From a virus (lineage: Duplodnaviria; Heunggongvirae; Uroviricota; Caudoviricetes), in IMG/VR virus record IMGVR_UViG_3300031418_000001: 64,000 bases of DNA; one strand, given 5' to 3'. Of the stretch, positions 22,714-32,169 are shown piece after piece. The notes beneath the pieces were generated by a model. That model saw nothing but the letters and a program-made list of their open reading frames with translations. It searched no databases and was not told the DNA's origin. The position numbers and the translations under genes were made by a program. Each line of letters opens with the position of its first letter. The first letter of the stretch is position 1.

Positions 22714-23406
22714 ATGTATGTGCCACCAATTGTAACTAAGTACGACTATCCGAATTACTCTCGTATTCAAACTGAAGAAGGAAGAAAGTATCAAACTCCT
22801 TCTGGTAATCTACCCTCAGTTACTACAATACTTAGTGCAACTAAAGATTGTGATGGTTTAAAGAAATGGCGTGAGTTCGTTGGCAATGAAGCTGCTGATG
22901 GTATTACGCTGGAAGCTACCACAGTCGGTACGTTCATGCACGAAAATCTTGAATATCGCTTAGTCGGCAAAGAAGACCATCCAGGTAATATGCCTGTTCG
23001 TGTTCTTGGTCGTCGTATGGCTGATGTAATTCAGGAAAATGCATGGCCTAAGATTAATGAAGTATGGGGTCAGGAAGTACCATTATACTATGAAGGATTA
23101 TGGGCTGGAACTACGGACTTAGTAGGTTTACATGATGGCATTCCAAGTATTATGGATTACAAAAATTCACGTAAACCTAAAACTTGGAAGTATATTGAAG
23201 ATTATAGATTGCAACTTGCAGCATATGCTTTAGCACATAACAATTTACACGGTACTAATATTAATCGTGGTGTTATTTTTATTTGTGTACGACAAGATCC
23301 TAAAAATCTTAAGTACCAAGAATTTGTAATCGAAGGACAAGATTTTAAAGATGCTGTTGATATGTGGATTGCACGTGTTAATGCATATTATACAATGGAG
23401 AAATAA
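22714..23406 (+). CDS. PD-(D/E)XK exonuclease
   Basis: PSVTTIL, GTFMH, E...AGTTD...DYK, QLAAYA. Confidence 0.85.
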   Translation: MYVPPIVTKYDYPNYSRIQTEEGRKYQTPSGNLPSVTTILSATKDCDGLKKWREFVGNEAADGITLEATTVGTFMHENLEYRLVGKEDHPGNMPVRVLGRRMADVIQENAWPKINEVWGQEVPLYYEGLWAGTTDLVGLHDGIPSIMDYKNSRKPKTWKYIEDYRLQLAAYALAHNNLHGTNINRGVIFICVRQDPKNLKYQEFVIEGQDFKDAVDMWIARVNAYYTMEK

Positions 23407-23409
23407 GGA

Positions 23410-24072
23410 ATGGGAATCCGAGCTATGAAATTTGATTTATTTGTACTTAAGACACTTGAGAAAAAAGGTTACACTGTTGAAGAATTAGTTAAACTTGAAG
23501 ATAAAGAACTGGATGAACTAAATCTTCCAGAAAAGATTATTTCACAGATTAAAGAATACAAACTACGCGGTGGAAAAACCCCTCTGCAAGTTGCAGAAGA
23601 ACTGGCAGCACTTATGGAAGCTGACGGTGAAACTAATATGGAAGAGGATGAAGTACTTAGTACTTATAAAGGTGAAACATCAAGAACTATGGTTTTAGAA
23701 GTTCCAGATATTCAGACTGAAGATGATGCTAAAGCATTTATTGATAAAGTAAAAGAAAATCTTGGTGATGCAGTTATTGAGAATGAAGACTCAAGTATTA
23801 CTATCAAAACTGATGGTTCAATTGAGATCCAAGCTGATGAAATCAATATCGTATCTGATGAAGTAGAAATTGTACGTACTATCGCCAAAACTGAAGATCT
23901 TGAAGTTATTAAAGAAGTTCTACAGAAAAAAGAACTACGTTCATTCGCTGCGTACACTAAACTTCTTAAAACTGAAGTTCCAGAAGCAATTCTTGGTGCA
24001 GTAGAAAGTACTACCCTTAATACTTTGATTGATGAACGCATTGCTGAAGTTAAGGCGGCGAGCACTAAATAA
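23410..24072 (+). CDS. acidic hypothetical protein
   Basis: 220 aa ORF; start may be 23425. Confidence 0.7.
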   Translation: MGIRAMKFDLFVLKTLEKKGYTVEELVKLEDKELDELNLPEKIISQIKEYKLRGGKTPLQVAEELAALMEADGETNMEEDEVLSTYKGETSRTMVLEVPDIQTEDDAKAFIDKVKENLGDAVIENEDSSITIKTDGSIEIQADEINIVSDEVEIVRTIAKTEDLEVIKEVLQKKELRSFAAYTKLLKTEVPEAILGAVESTTLNTLIDERIAEVKAASTK

Positions 24073-24098
24073 TCTATAATATCATAGGAGATTATTTT

Positions 24099-24671
24099 AT
24101 GGCTCAGAAAGAAATTGCTTTAATGCAGCAACGTTCTGGTAAACAACGTGACTTGCCTAATGGTGAACTTGGACAGATTCTTTTCAGTACCGATGAGGCT
24201 CGTGCCTTTATCGGTTTACCAAGTTCACAACAACCGGCATCACTTGTTGCAGGACGTAACCAAACAAATTCCCCAAATCGTGGTAATGAAAACGTAGAAG
24301 TTATTACGGAATTTACACCGTGGGAAATCGTAAATGAAGTGGTTAATAAACCGAATTTTCTAACAGTACCAGCAGGACAAACAAAAACATTTTCAGTTCA
24401 AGGTACTTCACGATTATTCATGGAATATGTGGCTTATAATGGAAACACGAATACCAGTACATTAGAATCAGGTTCAGTACAGGTAGTTGCTTTTTCAACT
24501 GAGGCTATTATATCCCAGCAGAATAACACGAACCAAAGTAACGGCCTTGTGCAGATTGACTTTAGTGATCCGAGCTATTCTGAAAGTACCAAACGTGTTA
24601 CATTAAGTGTAACTAATAATTCTGGTACTGACTTTAAAGTTGAATTTATTTTACGCGGGTGGGATATTTAA
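24099..24671 (+). CDS. virion structural protein (tail-fibre-like N-terminus)
   Basis: LPNGELG...STDEARAFIG pattern of tail/fibre N-terminal domains; TAAATA upstream. Confidence 0.55.
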   Translation: MAQKEIALMQQRSGKQRDLPNGELGQILFSTDEARAFIGLPSSQQPASLVAGRNQTNSPNRGNENVEVITEFTPWEIVNEVVNKPNFLTVPAGQTKTFSVQGTSRLFMEYVAYNGNTNTSTLESGSVQVVAFSTEAIISQQNNTNQSNGLVQIDFSDPSYSESTKRVTLSVTNNSGTDFKVEFILRGWDI

Positions 24672-24739
24672 AGGTATCCCGCCTTTTTTAATCACTAAAT
24701 ATAAAACCTAAAAATTAATAGATATTCACAAGGATGTAT

Positions 24740-27037
24740 ATGACAAACGTTACTAAACGTAATGGTGCAATGGAAGCACTTGATTTGGATAAAATTCACC
24801 AAATATTATTTTTCGCATGTGATGGCATTACCGGTGTTTCAGTTTCTGAAATCGAAATGCGTTCAAATATTCAGTTCTACGAAGGTATTACAACAGAAAC
24901 AATTCATGATATTCTGATTAAAGCGGCATCTGAACTAATCAGTGAAGAAACTCCTAATTACCAATATGTTGCTGGTCGTTTGATTAACTACTCTCTACGT
25001 AAAAAAGTTTATGGTAATTATGAACCAATTTCTTTCATTGAGCATGTACAGAATTTAGTACAGAAGGGTATCTACGATGAAGAAATTCTTCAAGGCTACA
25101 CTCTTCTTGAACTGGATGAATTAGGAAAGTACATTAAACATAAGCGTGATGATAAATTTACATTTGTTGCGATGGAACAATGGCGTGGTAAGTATCTGTT
25201 AAAAGATCGTACTACTGGAGAAATTTATGAAACTCCACAAATGGCCTATATGATGATCGCTGCAACCCTGTTTATGAAATACACAACAAATCGTCTATCG
25301 TTTGTTAAGAAATTTTATGATGCAGTGAGTAATTTCGATATTAGTCTGCCAACTCCTATCATGGGTGGTGTGCGTACTAATACACGTCAATTTAGTTCAT
25401 GTGTAGTTCTTAATGTTGGCGACAGCTTAGATAGTATTGCATCTGCAAACCATAGTATTATTCGTTATATTTCACGCCGTGCTGGTCTTGGTGTTAACTA
25501 CGGTAAAGTACGTGCAATTAACAGTAAAATTCGCGGTGGTGAAGCGGTACACACTGGTTTGATTCCATTCCTTAAAAGTACTGAAGCCTCTGTTAAAAGT
25601 TGTTCACAGGGTGGTATTCGAGGTGGTGCAGCAACAATTCACTTCCCACTATGGCATTATGAGTTTGAAAATCTTGTAGTACTTAAAAATAACAAAGGCA
25701 CTGATGAATCTCGTGTGCGTAAACTGGATTATTGTTTCCAGATTAATCAATTTATGTATCAACGTCTTGTTGACGGTGGTAATATTAGCTTCTTCTCTCC
25801 AAATGAAGTTCCTGGGTTATATGACGCATTTACTCAGAATCAAGAGAAGTTCGCTGAACTTTATGTTAAGTACGAAAATGATTCAAGTATTCGTCGTATT
25901 GAGTTATCTGCACTTGAAGTATTCACTACTTTAATGCAGGAGCGTTCTGAAACTGGTCGTATCTATATTCAACATATTGACCACACGAATACACATTCTC
26001 CGTTTATTGAAGAACTTGCACCGATTGAACAAAGTAACCTTTGCCAAGAAATTGCTTTACCAAGTAAAGAACTGAATCACATTGATGATCCAGAAGGTTT
26101 AATTAGCCTATGTACTCTTGCTGCAATTAATTGGGGTAACTTTGAACGTCCAGAAGATATGGAAGAAACTTGTGAATTAACCATTCGTGCACTTGATGCA
26201 CTACTTGATTATCAAGACTATCCGGTACTTGCTGCACAACGCTCCACAGACGGTTACAGACCGCTTGGTGTTGGTATTATTAACCTTGCTTACTTCCTTG
26301 CTAAACGTGGCTTAAAATACGATACAGACGCTCTGAAGACGGTTAATGAATGGTCAGAAGCATGGTCATATTATCTTCTGAAAGCATCAAACAAACTTGC
26401 ACAGGAATTTGGTTCATGTGGAATGTTTGATAATCTTAAATATTCAAAAGGTATTCTTCCTATTGATACTTACAAGAAAGATGTTGATGATCTTGTTGGT
26501 ACTGGATTGAATATGGATTGGGACACATTAAGAGAAGACATTAAGAAACATGGTATTCGTAATGCGACAACTATGGCTCTTATGCCAGCAGAAACATCTG
26601 CACAGATTAGTAACAGTACTAATGGTATTGAACCACCTCGTAAACTTGTTAGTATCAAAGTATCAAAAGATGGTGTTCTGTCTCAGGTAGTTCCAGAAAT
26701 CAGTAAACTGAAAAATAAATACACCCTACTATGGGAACAAAAAAGTAATGAAGGTTATCTGAAAATCTGTGCTGTGATGCAAAAATACATCGACCAGAGT
26801 ATCAGTGCTAACACAAGTTACAATCCAGAAATTTTCCCTAATCATAAAGTACCAATGAAAGTACTTCTTGAAGATTTACTTGTAGCTTATAAGTACGGTA
26901 TTAAAAACTTGTACTATATGAATACAATGGATAGTTCTGGTGAAGAAGATACCAGTAAAATTGAAGATCCACAGAAGAAATTTGTACTTCCAGATATTAT
27001 CCTGGATGACGAAGACTGTGACTCATGTAAGATTTAA
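24740..27037 (+). CDS. nrdA: class Ia ribonucleotide reductase alpha subunit
   Basis: ATP cone VTKRNG, FSSCV, SNLCQEI, YY pair, C-terminal CDSCKI. Confidence 0.97.
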   Translation: MTNVTKRNGAMEALDLDKIHQILFFACDGITGVSVSEIEMRSNIQFYEGITTETIHDILIKAASELISEETPNYQYVAGRLINYSLRKKVYGNYEPISFIEHVQNLVQKGIYDEEILQGYTLLELDELGKYIKHKRDDKFTFVAMEQWRGKYLLKDRTTGEIYETPQMAYMMIAATLFMKYTTNRLSFVKKFYDAVSNFDISLPTPIMGGVRTNTRQFSSCVVLNVGDSLDSIASANHSIIRYISRRAGLGVNYGKVRAINSKIRGGEAVHTGLIPFLKSTEASVKSCSQGGIRGGAATIHFPLWHYEFENLVVLKNNKGTDESRVRKLDYCFQINQFMYQRLVDGGNISFFSPNEVPGLYDAFTQNQEKFAELYVKYENDSSIRRIELSALEVFTTLMQERSETGRIYIQHIDHTNTHSPFIEELAPIEQSNLCQEIALPSKELNHIDDPEGLISLCTLAAINWGNFERPEDMEETCELTIRALDALLDYQDYPVLAAQRSTDGYRPLGVGIINLAYFLAKRGLKYDTDALKTVNEWSEAWSYYLLKASNKLAQEFGSCGMFDNLKYSKGILPIDTYKKDVDDLVGTGLNMDWDTLREDIKKHGIRNATTMALMPAETSAQISNSTNGIEPPRKLVSIKVSKDGVLSQVVPEISKLKNKYTLLWEQKSNEGYLKICAVMQKYIDQSISANTSYNPEIFPNHKVPMKVLLEDLLVAYKYGIKNLYYMNTMDSSGEEDTSKIEDPQKKFVLPDIILDDEDCDSCKI

Positions 27038-27042
27038 ATAAT

Positions 27043-27066
27043 ATCCCGCCAAGTGCGGGATTTTTT
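27043..27066 (+). terminator. intrinsic terminator
   Basis: ATCCCGC-CAAGT-GCGGGATTTTTT. Confidence 0.75.
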
Positions 27067-27083
27067 CTCAAGAGGATATTAAT

Positions 27084-27848
27084 ATGAAAGTTAATTATTA
27101 TGCTCCTATGGATGAGGAATTTATTGAAGAATTTTGGGATGATCTGGATATGGATATGGTTCTAAAGAACCAAAAGTTATCTCCAGCATTCATCAAAAAA
27201 CACTTTAATAGTTTAGATAAGAATGCCTTAGTTCGTTACCAAAATATGACCGTTGATTTTATCAAAGAGAAATGGGAATGGTTCGATAAAAATATATTAA
27301 CTAAGTACGTTATTCTTCCATTGGAATTAATTAAAGAACGTTGGGATGAACTTAAAACAAGTGCAATTAAAAATATTGCAAAGTATCAGAAATTAACAAC
27401 GGATTTCATTGCAGAAAAATGGAATGATCTAAGTACTAAAGTTGCAGATACCATTAGTCGTTATCAAAAATTAACTACTGATTTTATCAAAGATAAGTGG
27501 GAATACTTGGATACTAATTATATCTCTAAGTATCAGACACTTACTGTAGATTTCATTAAAGAAAAATGGAGTGAACTTAATATTGCTGCTATTGCTGCAT
27601 TTCAGATTATTTCTGATGATATTCGTAGTTTACTTGGTTTATCTGCCCCTGCTGCAACGATTACCGGTGCACAAATTAAAGCATTAGATCCATGTGATGA
27701 CGGTATGGTACGTTTCCACGCTCATACTCCGTTAGATACTACCGTATTAACATGGAATGAATTACTTCAAAAACATTTAACCTCTGCTGAAGGTATTAGT
27801 GATATTCACTGGCTGTCATGGAAGTTAGGTAAGAAAATTAATACATAA
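27084..27848 (+). CDS. tandem tryptophan-repeat protein
   Basis: About 6-7 repeats of 23-25 aa, YQKLTxDFIKEKWxxL. Confidence 0.8.
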   Translation: MKVNYYAPMDEEFIEEFWDDLDMDMVLKNQKLSPAFIKKHFNSLDKNALVRYQNMTVDFIKEKWEWFDKNILTKYVILPLELIKERWDELKTSAIKNIAKYQKLTTDFIAEKWNDLSTKVADTISRYQKLTTDFIKDKWEYLDTNYISKYQTLTVDFIKEKWSELNIAAIAAFQIISDDIRSLLGLSAPAATITGAQIKALDPCDDGMVRFHAHTPLDTTVLTWNELLQKHLTSAEGISDIHWLSWKLGKKINT

Positions 27849-27857
27849 GGATTAAAA

Positions 27858-28979
27858 ATGTCAGTATTTAAAAAGAACGTACAATCACACTTAACTAAAA
27901 ATATGTTCCTTGATGAAACCGTTGATATTCAGCGTTATGATTCAGTAAAATATATGCACTTTGAGAAAATGACTGATAAACATCAGGGTTTCTTCTGGCG
28001 TCCAGTTGAAGTTGATGTATCAAAAGACCGTATTGATTTTGCTGCCTTATTACCACATGAGAAGAAAATCTTTACCTCTAATTTGAAACGTCAAATTCTT
28101 CTTGACTCGGTACAGGGACGCGGGCCAAACTTAGCATTACTGCCAATTGCATCGCTACCGGAACTTGAATCATTTATTGAAACGTGGGCGTTCTTCGAAA
28201 GTATTCACAGTCGTTCATATACTCACATTATTCGTAACGTATATGCGAATCCATCAGAAGTATTTGATACTATGTTGGATATTCCAGAGATTACAGCATG
28301 TGCTGAAGATATTTCTAAGTACTATGATGATCTGGAAAAAGATGTAATGTACTATAAACTATTCGGTTATGGTACTCATGTTGTAAACGGTGAAATTATT
28401 AATGTTGATGAATACGAACTGAAAAAGAAAGTTTGGTTATGTATTAATAGTATTAACATTCTTGAAGGTATTCGTTTCTATGTATCTTTTGCTTGTTCAT
28501 GGTCTTTTGCTGAGAACAAGAAAATGGAAGGTAATGCAAAGATCATTCGTTTGATTTGTCGTGATGAAAACATTCACCTTGCAGCTACGCAAAGTATGAT
28601 CCGCTTCATGAAGAAAGAAGATCCTATGTTTGCACGTATTGCAGAAGAGTGTCATGATGAAGTACAACAGATGTTTATTGAAGCTATTGAACAAGAAGAA
28701 TCATGGGCTGATTATCTGTTTGAAGATGGTTCTATCATTGGACTGAACGCTGCAATTCTAAAACAGTACATTCGCTGGATCGGTCACAAACGTATGTTGG
28801 CTGTAAACGTAAAATGTCCATTTACTGTAAGTAAAGCGAATCCGTTACCCTGGACTGAACGTTGGATCACCAGTGCAGGTGTACAAGTTGCACCACAAGA
28901 AACTGAAATCAGTTCTTATGTTATTGGTGGTATTGACCAAAACGTACAAACTGATACATTCAAAGGTTTCAAACTATAA
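27858..28979 (+). CDS. nrdB: class Ia ribonucleotide reductase beta subunit
   Basis: FFWRPVEVD, ESIHSRSYTH, EGIRFY, DENIH, APQETE. Confidence 0.97.
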   Translation: MSVFKKNVQSHLTKNMFLDETVDIQRYDSVKYMHFEKMTDKHQGFFWRPVEVDVSKDRIDFAALLPHEKKIFTSNLKRQILLDSVQGRGPNLALLPIASLPELESFIETWAFFESIHSRSYTHIIRNVYANPSEVFDTMLDIPEITACAEDISKYYDDLEKDVMYYKLFGYGTHVVNGEIINVDEYELKKKVWLCINSINILEGIRFYVSFACSWSFAENKKMEGNAKIIRLICRDENIHLAATQSMIRFMKKEDPMFARIAEECHDEVQQMFIEAIEQEESWADYLFEDGSIIGLNAAILKQYIRWIGHKRMLAVNVKCPFTVSKANPLPWTERWITSAGVQVAPQETEISSYVIGGIDQNVQTDTFKGFKL

Positions 28980-29022
28980 AATACTATGGAGGCTAATGCC
29001 TCCATTTTTAATGGATAAAATT

Positions 29023-29529
29023 ATGTCATTAGAACCATTTGAGAAGTTTAAAAGAAGAAGAAAGCGGCGATTACATCACTTGGAAAATAATATAACTTCT
29101 AAATTACTTATGGATAGAGTGTTTAAAGCTCGTAATGAATATGATAACTGGAGAATACATTTTACCGACTTAAGGGGTTCAAGATTTTTGAGTTTGTACT
29201 ATAGAAGTCATGATGAAACTTCAGCAGTGTATGCTTATAACAGAGAACCGATGGATGTTAGAATATATAATGGGGATACAATAGAGTACTTTAATCATAA
29301 CAATTGTAATATACTTATTGATGATTTGTATGATAGCGGTACTGTATTCAATTTAAGAACTATACATGAAAATATTGATTTAATGGTTCGATATAAAGAC
29401 TTTTTCAGAAACTTGGAAGTACTCAAGATAGGTATCTATCAAAAGTTAGGTTCTATGAAACTTGAGCAAGAAATGATCAAAGGAAATAATTTAGATATTG
29501 GAGATCTAAGATGTTTACTATCAATATAG
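29023..29529 (+). CDS. hypothetical protein
   Basis: ATG 29023 chosen to avoid overlap with nrdB. Confidence 0.65.
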   Translation: MSLEPFEKFKRRRKRRLHHLENNITSKLLMDRVFKARNEYDNWRIHFTDLRGSRFLSLYYRSHDETSAVYAYNREPMDVRIYNGDTIEYFNHNNCNILIDDLYDSGTVFNLRTIHENIDLMVRYKDFFRNLEVLKIGIYQKLGSMKLEQEMIKGNNLDIGDLRCLLSI

Positions 29530-29888
29530 AATATACTACCGGTGATAGCTTTAATTCTAACCAGACTGAAGATCACGTGGCTTTGGTATGGAAAAATAAA
29601 GAATTGGCAAGAAAGGCACTACAAGCAATCAAAGAACATTACGAATTTTGTACTATCTCTGATAAGTATGGTATAACTCCACGTGAAAGAAGCGAAATTG
29701 CATCACGTGCAAAGTTATCACCTTGGTACTCAAAAGATCATCCAGATTTTACTTTAATGGTTGAAGTAGATGATGGTAGTTATATGCAATTACATGCTTT
29801 CTGGTGTGGTTACTTTGAGATTCTACACTCAGCAGAAGTAATAGTATGTCAAGATACAGATACTGAAGATAAGATTTATTTTAACTAA
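29511..29888 (+). CDS. hypothetical protein
   Basis: GGAG RBS; YTTGDSF...FWCGYFE. Confidence 0.7.
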   Translation: MFTINIEYTTGDSFNSNQTEDHVALVWKNKELARKALQAIKEHYEFCTISDKYGITPRERSEIASRAKLSPWYSKDHPDFTLMVEVDDGSYMQLHAFWCGYFEILHSAEVIVCQDTDTEDKIYFN

Positions 29889-29895
29889 TTTTTTG

Positions 29896-29924
29896 TGAAA
29901 CAAAAAACTTTTATGACCTATACT
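29896..29924 (+). promoter_or_regulatory. phage promoter TGAAAC-N17-TATACT
   Basis: Recurrent motif. Confidence 0.7.
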
Positions 29925-29957
29925 TAACGTGTTAACAACAATAAAGGATATAACATA

Positions 29958-30197
29958 ATGAATGAAGTAATTAATACTGATGCAGTTGATAGCTTTACTG
30001 AAGAAGCACTACGTATTGCTGAAGAAGAATTCAAGATGACTCCAGAAGAACTTGCATACAATAAAAGATTGATTGCACATCTGGCTAAAGAACTTGAACG
30101 CCGTGATACAGAAAAGAAAGTTAAACGTGCAATCAAAGCTAAACGCCGTGCAGCAAATAAAGTAGCACGTCAGGCCCGCCGCACCAACCGAAAATAA
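29958..30197 (+). CDS. small protein with basic C-terminus
   Basis: AAGGA RBS; KRRAANKVARQARRTNRK tail. Confidence 0.7.
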   Translation: MNEVINTDAVDSFTEEALRIAEEEFKMTPEELAYNKRLIAHLAKELERRDTEKKVKRAIKAKRRAANKVARQARRTNRK

Positions 30198-30205
30198 GGT
30201 AGAAT

Positions 30206-30610
30206 ATGAAATTCACGTTTACTAAACTAAATGATAAGTTCCCAAAGAAAGCTAACCGTTCAGACAGAACCATGAAGAAGTTACATTTAGGTTCATATGC
30301 TGAAACGTGTATTGATGTATTCATTCCATTTAAAACCAAGCTAACCCGTGGTACAGATGATGCAGATGATATGCTGTTTGATCGTCTACTTGACGGTGTT
30401 GAATCAGTAACAGGACGTTTTGAAACTTGTGGTTTAAGTCTTGACCATTTTTCAATTCTGTACTGTGTACCAACATCTTCTTTCGATGTGGAAGAGTTAG
30501 AAAAAACAGTTACTGAAATTCTGCGTGTACTGTCTGATGTTGAACCAGCTTTTGCAGAAGTACAAGAAGTTACTGTAATTCATGGTGATGCATGGCACGG
30601 TGAGTGGTAA
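30206..30610 (+). CDS. YggL (DUF469)-like ribosome-associated protein
   Basis: NRSDRTMKKLHLGSY resembles YggL NRSRRLRKKMHIDEF; C-terminal DAW. Confidence 0.6.
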   Translation: MKFTFTKLNDKFPKKANRSDRTMKKLHLGSYAETCIDVFIPFKTKLTRGTDDADDMLFDRLLDGVESVTGRFETCGLSLDHFSILYCVPTSSFDVEELEKTVTEILRVLSDVEPAFAEVQEVTVIHGDAWHGEW

Positions 30611-30738
30611 TGAAACCTGAGCAATGGATTATTGACGATATTCGTTCAATGAGACAAAAGAAAGAACGTACTGAAGTTGAACAATCATATCTTGATTTAC
30701 TTCTTTGGTACGTTAAAGTATTACAAGAAAAGGAATAA
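30610..30738 (+). CDS. small hypothetical protein (42 aa, not in the ORF track)
   Basis: MKPEQWIIDDIRSMRQKK...LQEKE, coupled by TAATG and filling the gap. Confidence 0.6.
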   Translation: MKPEQWIIDDIRSMRQKKERTEVEQSYLDLLLWYVKVLQEKE

Positions 30739-30740
30739 TA

Positions 30741-31457
30741 ATGAAATCTACTACCGACCAATTTAACGCAGTAACGGACTTTATGCGTATCGGTTCTCAA
30801 GAAGTACTACATACTTATAAACATCCGAGTACTAAACTTGGTAAATTCCGTCTACGTTTGATTAACGAAGAAATTAGTGGAAAAAATGAACTAATTGATT
30901 CTATTGATAAAGATGATGTTAAAGGTATTATTGACGGTCTATGTGATATTCTATATGTTACATACGGTGCAATGGCAGCATTTGGCATTCAACCACATGA
31001 TTATGTTGCTCAAGCAGATGCTGATACCAGCAAACCAAGTACTCTTGATATGGGTTCTGCATGGTTTTATACAAAACATATTAAAGGTGCAGCAGAACAG
31101 CTTGAACGTGGACTATTAAGTACTGACGAGAAAACTGTTCGTTCAGCACTTTCTAATTTAGTATCATCGGTATATGATTTAGGTAATGCTTCTAATTATA
31201 ACTTGATTGGTGCATTTGAAGAAGTACATAATTCGAATATGAGTAAGTTTTGTTCTTCTGAAGAAGAAGCATGGAATACTATTCGTTTTAAATCAGGTAC
31301 TGATGATCGTTATGGTGAAGATGTTAACACGGTGAAACGTGTTGAAGTTGATGGAACAGAGTACTACATTATCATTCGTCTTGATGATGGTAAGGTATTA
31401 AAAGGCCCGAACTTTTTTGAGCCAGATTTCACAAAATTCATTGTTAATACCCGTTAA
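30741..31457 (+). CDS. MazG-like (PRA-PH family) NTP pyrophosphohydrolase
   Basis: LINEE..EL, DGLCDILYVTYG, EVHNSNMSK, GKVLKGPNF. Confidence 0.85.
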   Translation: MKSTTDQFNAVTDFMRIGSQEVLHTYKHPSTKLGKFRLRLINEEISGKNELIDSIDKDDVKGIIDGLCDILYVTYGAMAAFGIQPHDYVAQADADTSKPSTLDMGSAWFYTKHIKGAAEQLERGLLSTDEKTVRSALSNLVSSVYDLGNASNYNLIGAFEEVHNSNMSKFCSSEEEAWNTIRFKSGTDDRYGEDVNTVKRVEVDGTEYYIIIRLDDGKVLKGPNFFEPDFTKFIVNTR

Positions 31458-31462
31458 ACGTA

Positions 31463-31490
31463 AAAAGGTGTTCCACATGGAACACCTTTT
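31463..31490. terminator. bidirectional terminator between convergent genes
   Basis: AAAAGGTGTTCCA-CA-TGGAACACCTTTT. Confidence 0.8.
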
Positions 31491-32157
31491 ATTTTGGCGA
31501 TACTAAAGAAGACACTTTCTCTATGTAAGGAGCTACACTTTTAATAAACATCTTTTGTTCATTCTCAGTTAGTTCCTTAGATAATAGAAACGTTATATAC
31601 CCTTTCACGGAATAATCCTCTTTATTGAAAAGAGGTAATGTAAACACAGCCTTATAATCATCACGAGTGTTGAAATAAGTGTCACATTCCTTACTAATTG
31701 GTTCAGTACGCTTCCGCTCACAAATAGAACTTATTTGCTGATGCGTTTCATAATGAGTATTATTCAGAAGAAGTGTTTGCATCCTATCAGTATCTGATTG
31801 CATGGGAAGCCACAAATCTTTAAATCTCGTGATGAGGTTTCCCTCATCACGTGATTTACTTGTTACACCTATACGACCATCGTAGATGGCAGTATTTTTA
31901 TTAGCTACAAACTTATAGAGCAAGATTGTACTTACTGAAGGGGTTTTATTAATAATTTCCCCGAACTGATCATCAATTTCTTGTACTTTACTTTGAGAAA
32001 TACTATATGACTCAAGTAGGTACGGTGATAGTGCATTATTAGCTACTTCCTGTATGTTTAGGGTATTAAAATACATTAAAAACCCAAAAACAGCACAAGA
32101 GAACGCAACCAATATGCGATTCAATAGCTTTATCTGCTTAACTGTATACCAGATCAT
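31489..32157 (-). CDS. membrane protein, T4 holin T-like (paralog 2)
   Basis: N-terminal TM helix, then a GAF-like domain (LYKFV...YDGRI...GYITF). Confidence 0.5.
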   Translation of the reverse strand: MIWYTVKQIKLLNRILVAFSCAVFGFLMYFNTLNIQEVANNALSPYLLESYSISQSKVQEIDDQFGEIINKTPSVSTILLYKFVANKNTAIYDGRIGVTSKSRDEGNLITRFKDLWLPMQSDTDRMQTLLLNNTHYETHQQISSICERKRTEPISKECDTYFNTRDDYKAVFTLPLFNKEDYSVKGYITFLLSKELTENEQKMFIKSVAPYIEKVSSLVSPK

Positions 32158-32169
32158 ACTTATAACTCC

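Noticed and set aside
22714-23406. Cas4 or CRISPR association
   Set aside because: No four-Cys Fe-S cluster, and no repeat-spacer array was seen in the window.
24740-28979. Introns or inteins in nrdA/nrdB (also checked terL, helicase, topoisomerase)
   Set aside because: All are uninterrupted ORFs of normal length.
28873-29022. Long N-terminal extensions given by the ORF track (also 46416, 51634, 54946, 58220)
   Set aside because: They overlap upstream genes, promoters or hairpins; downstream ATGs fit better.
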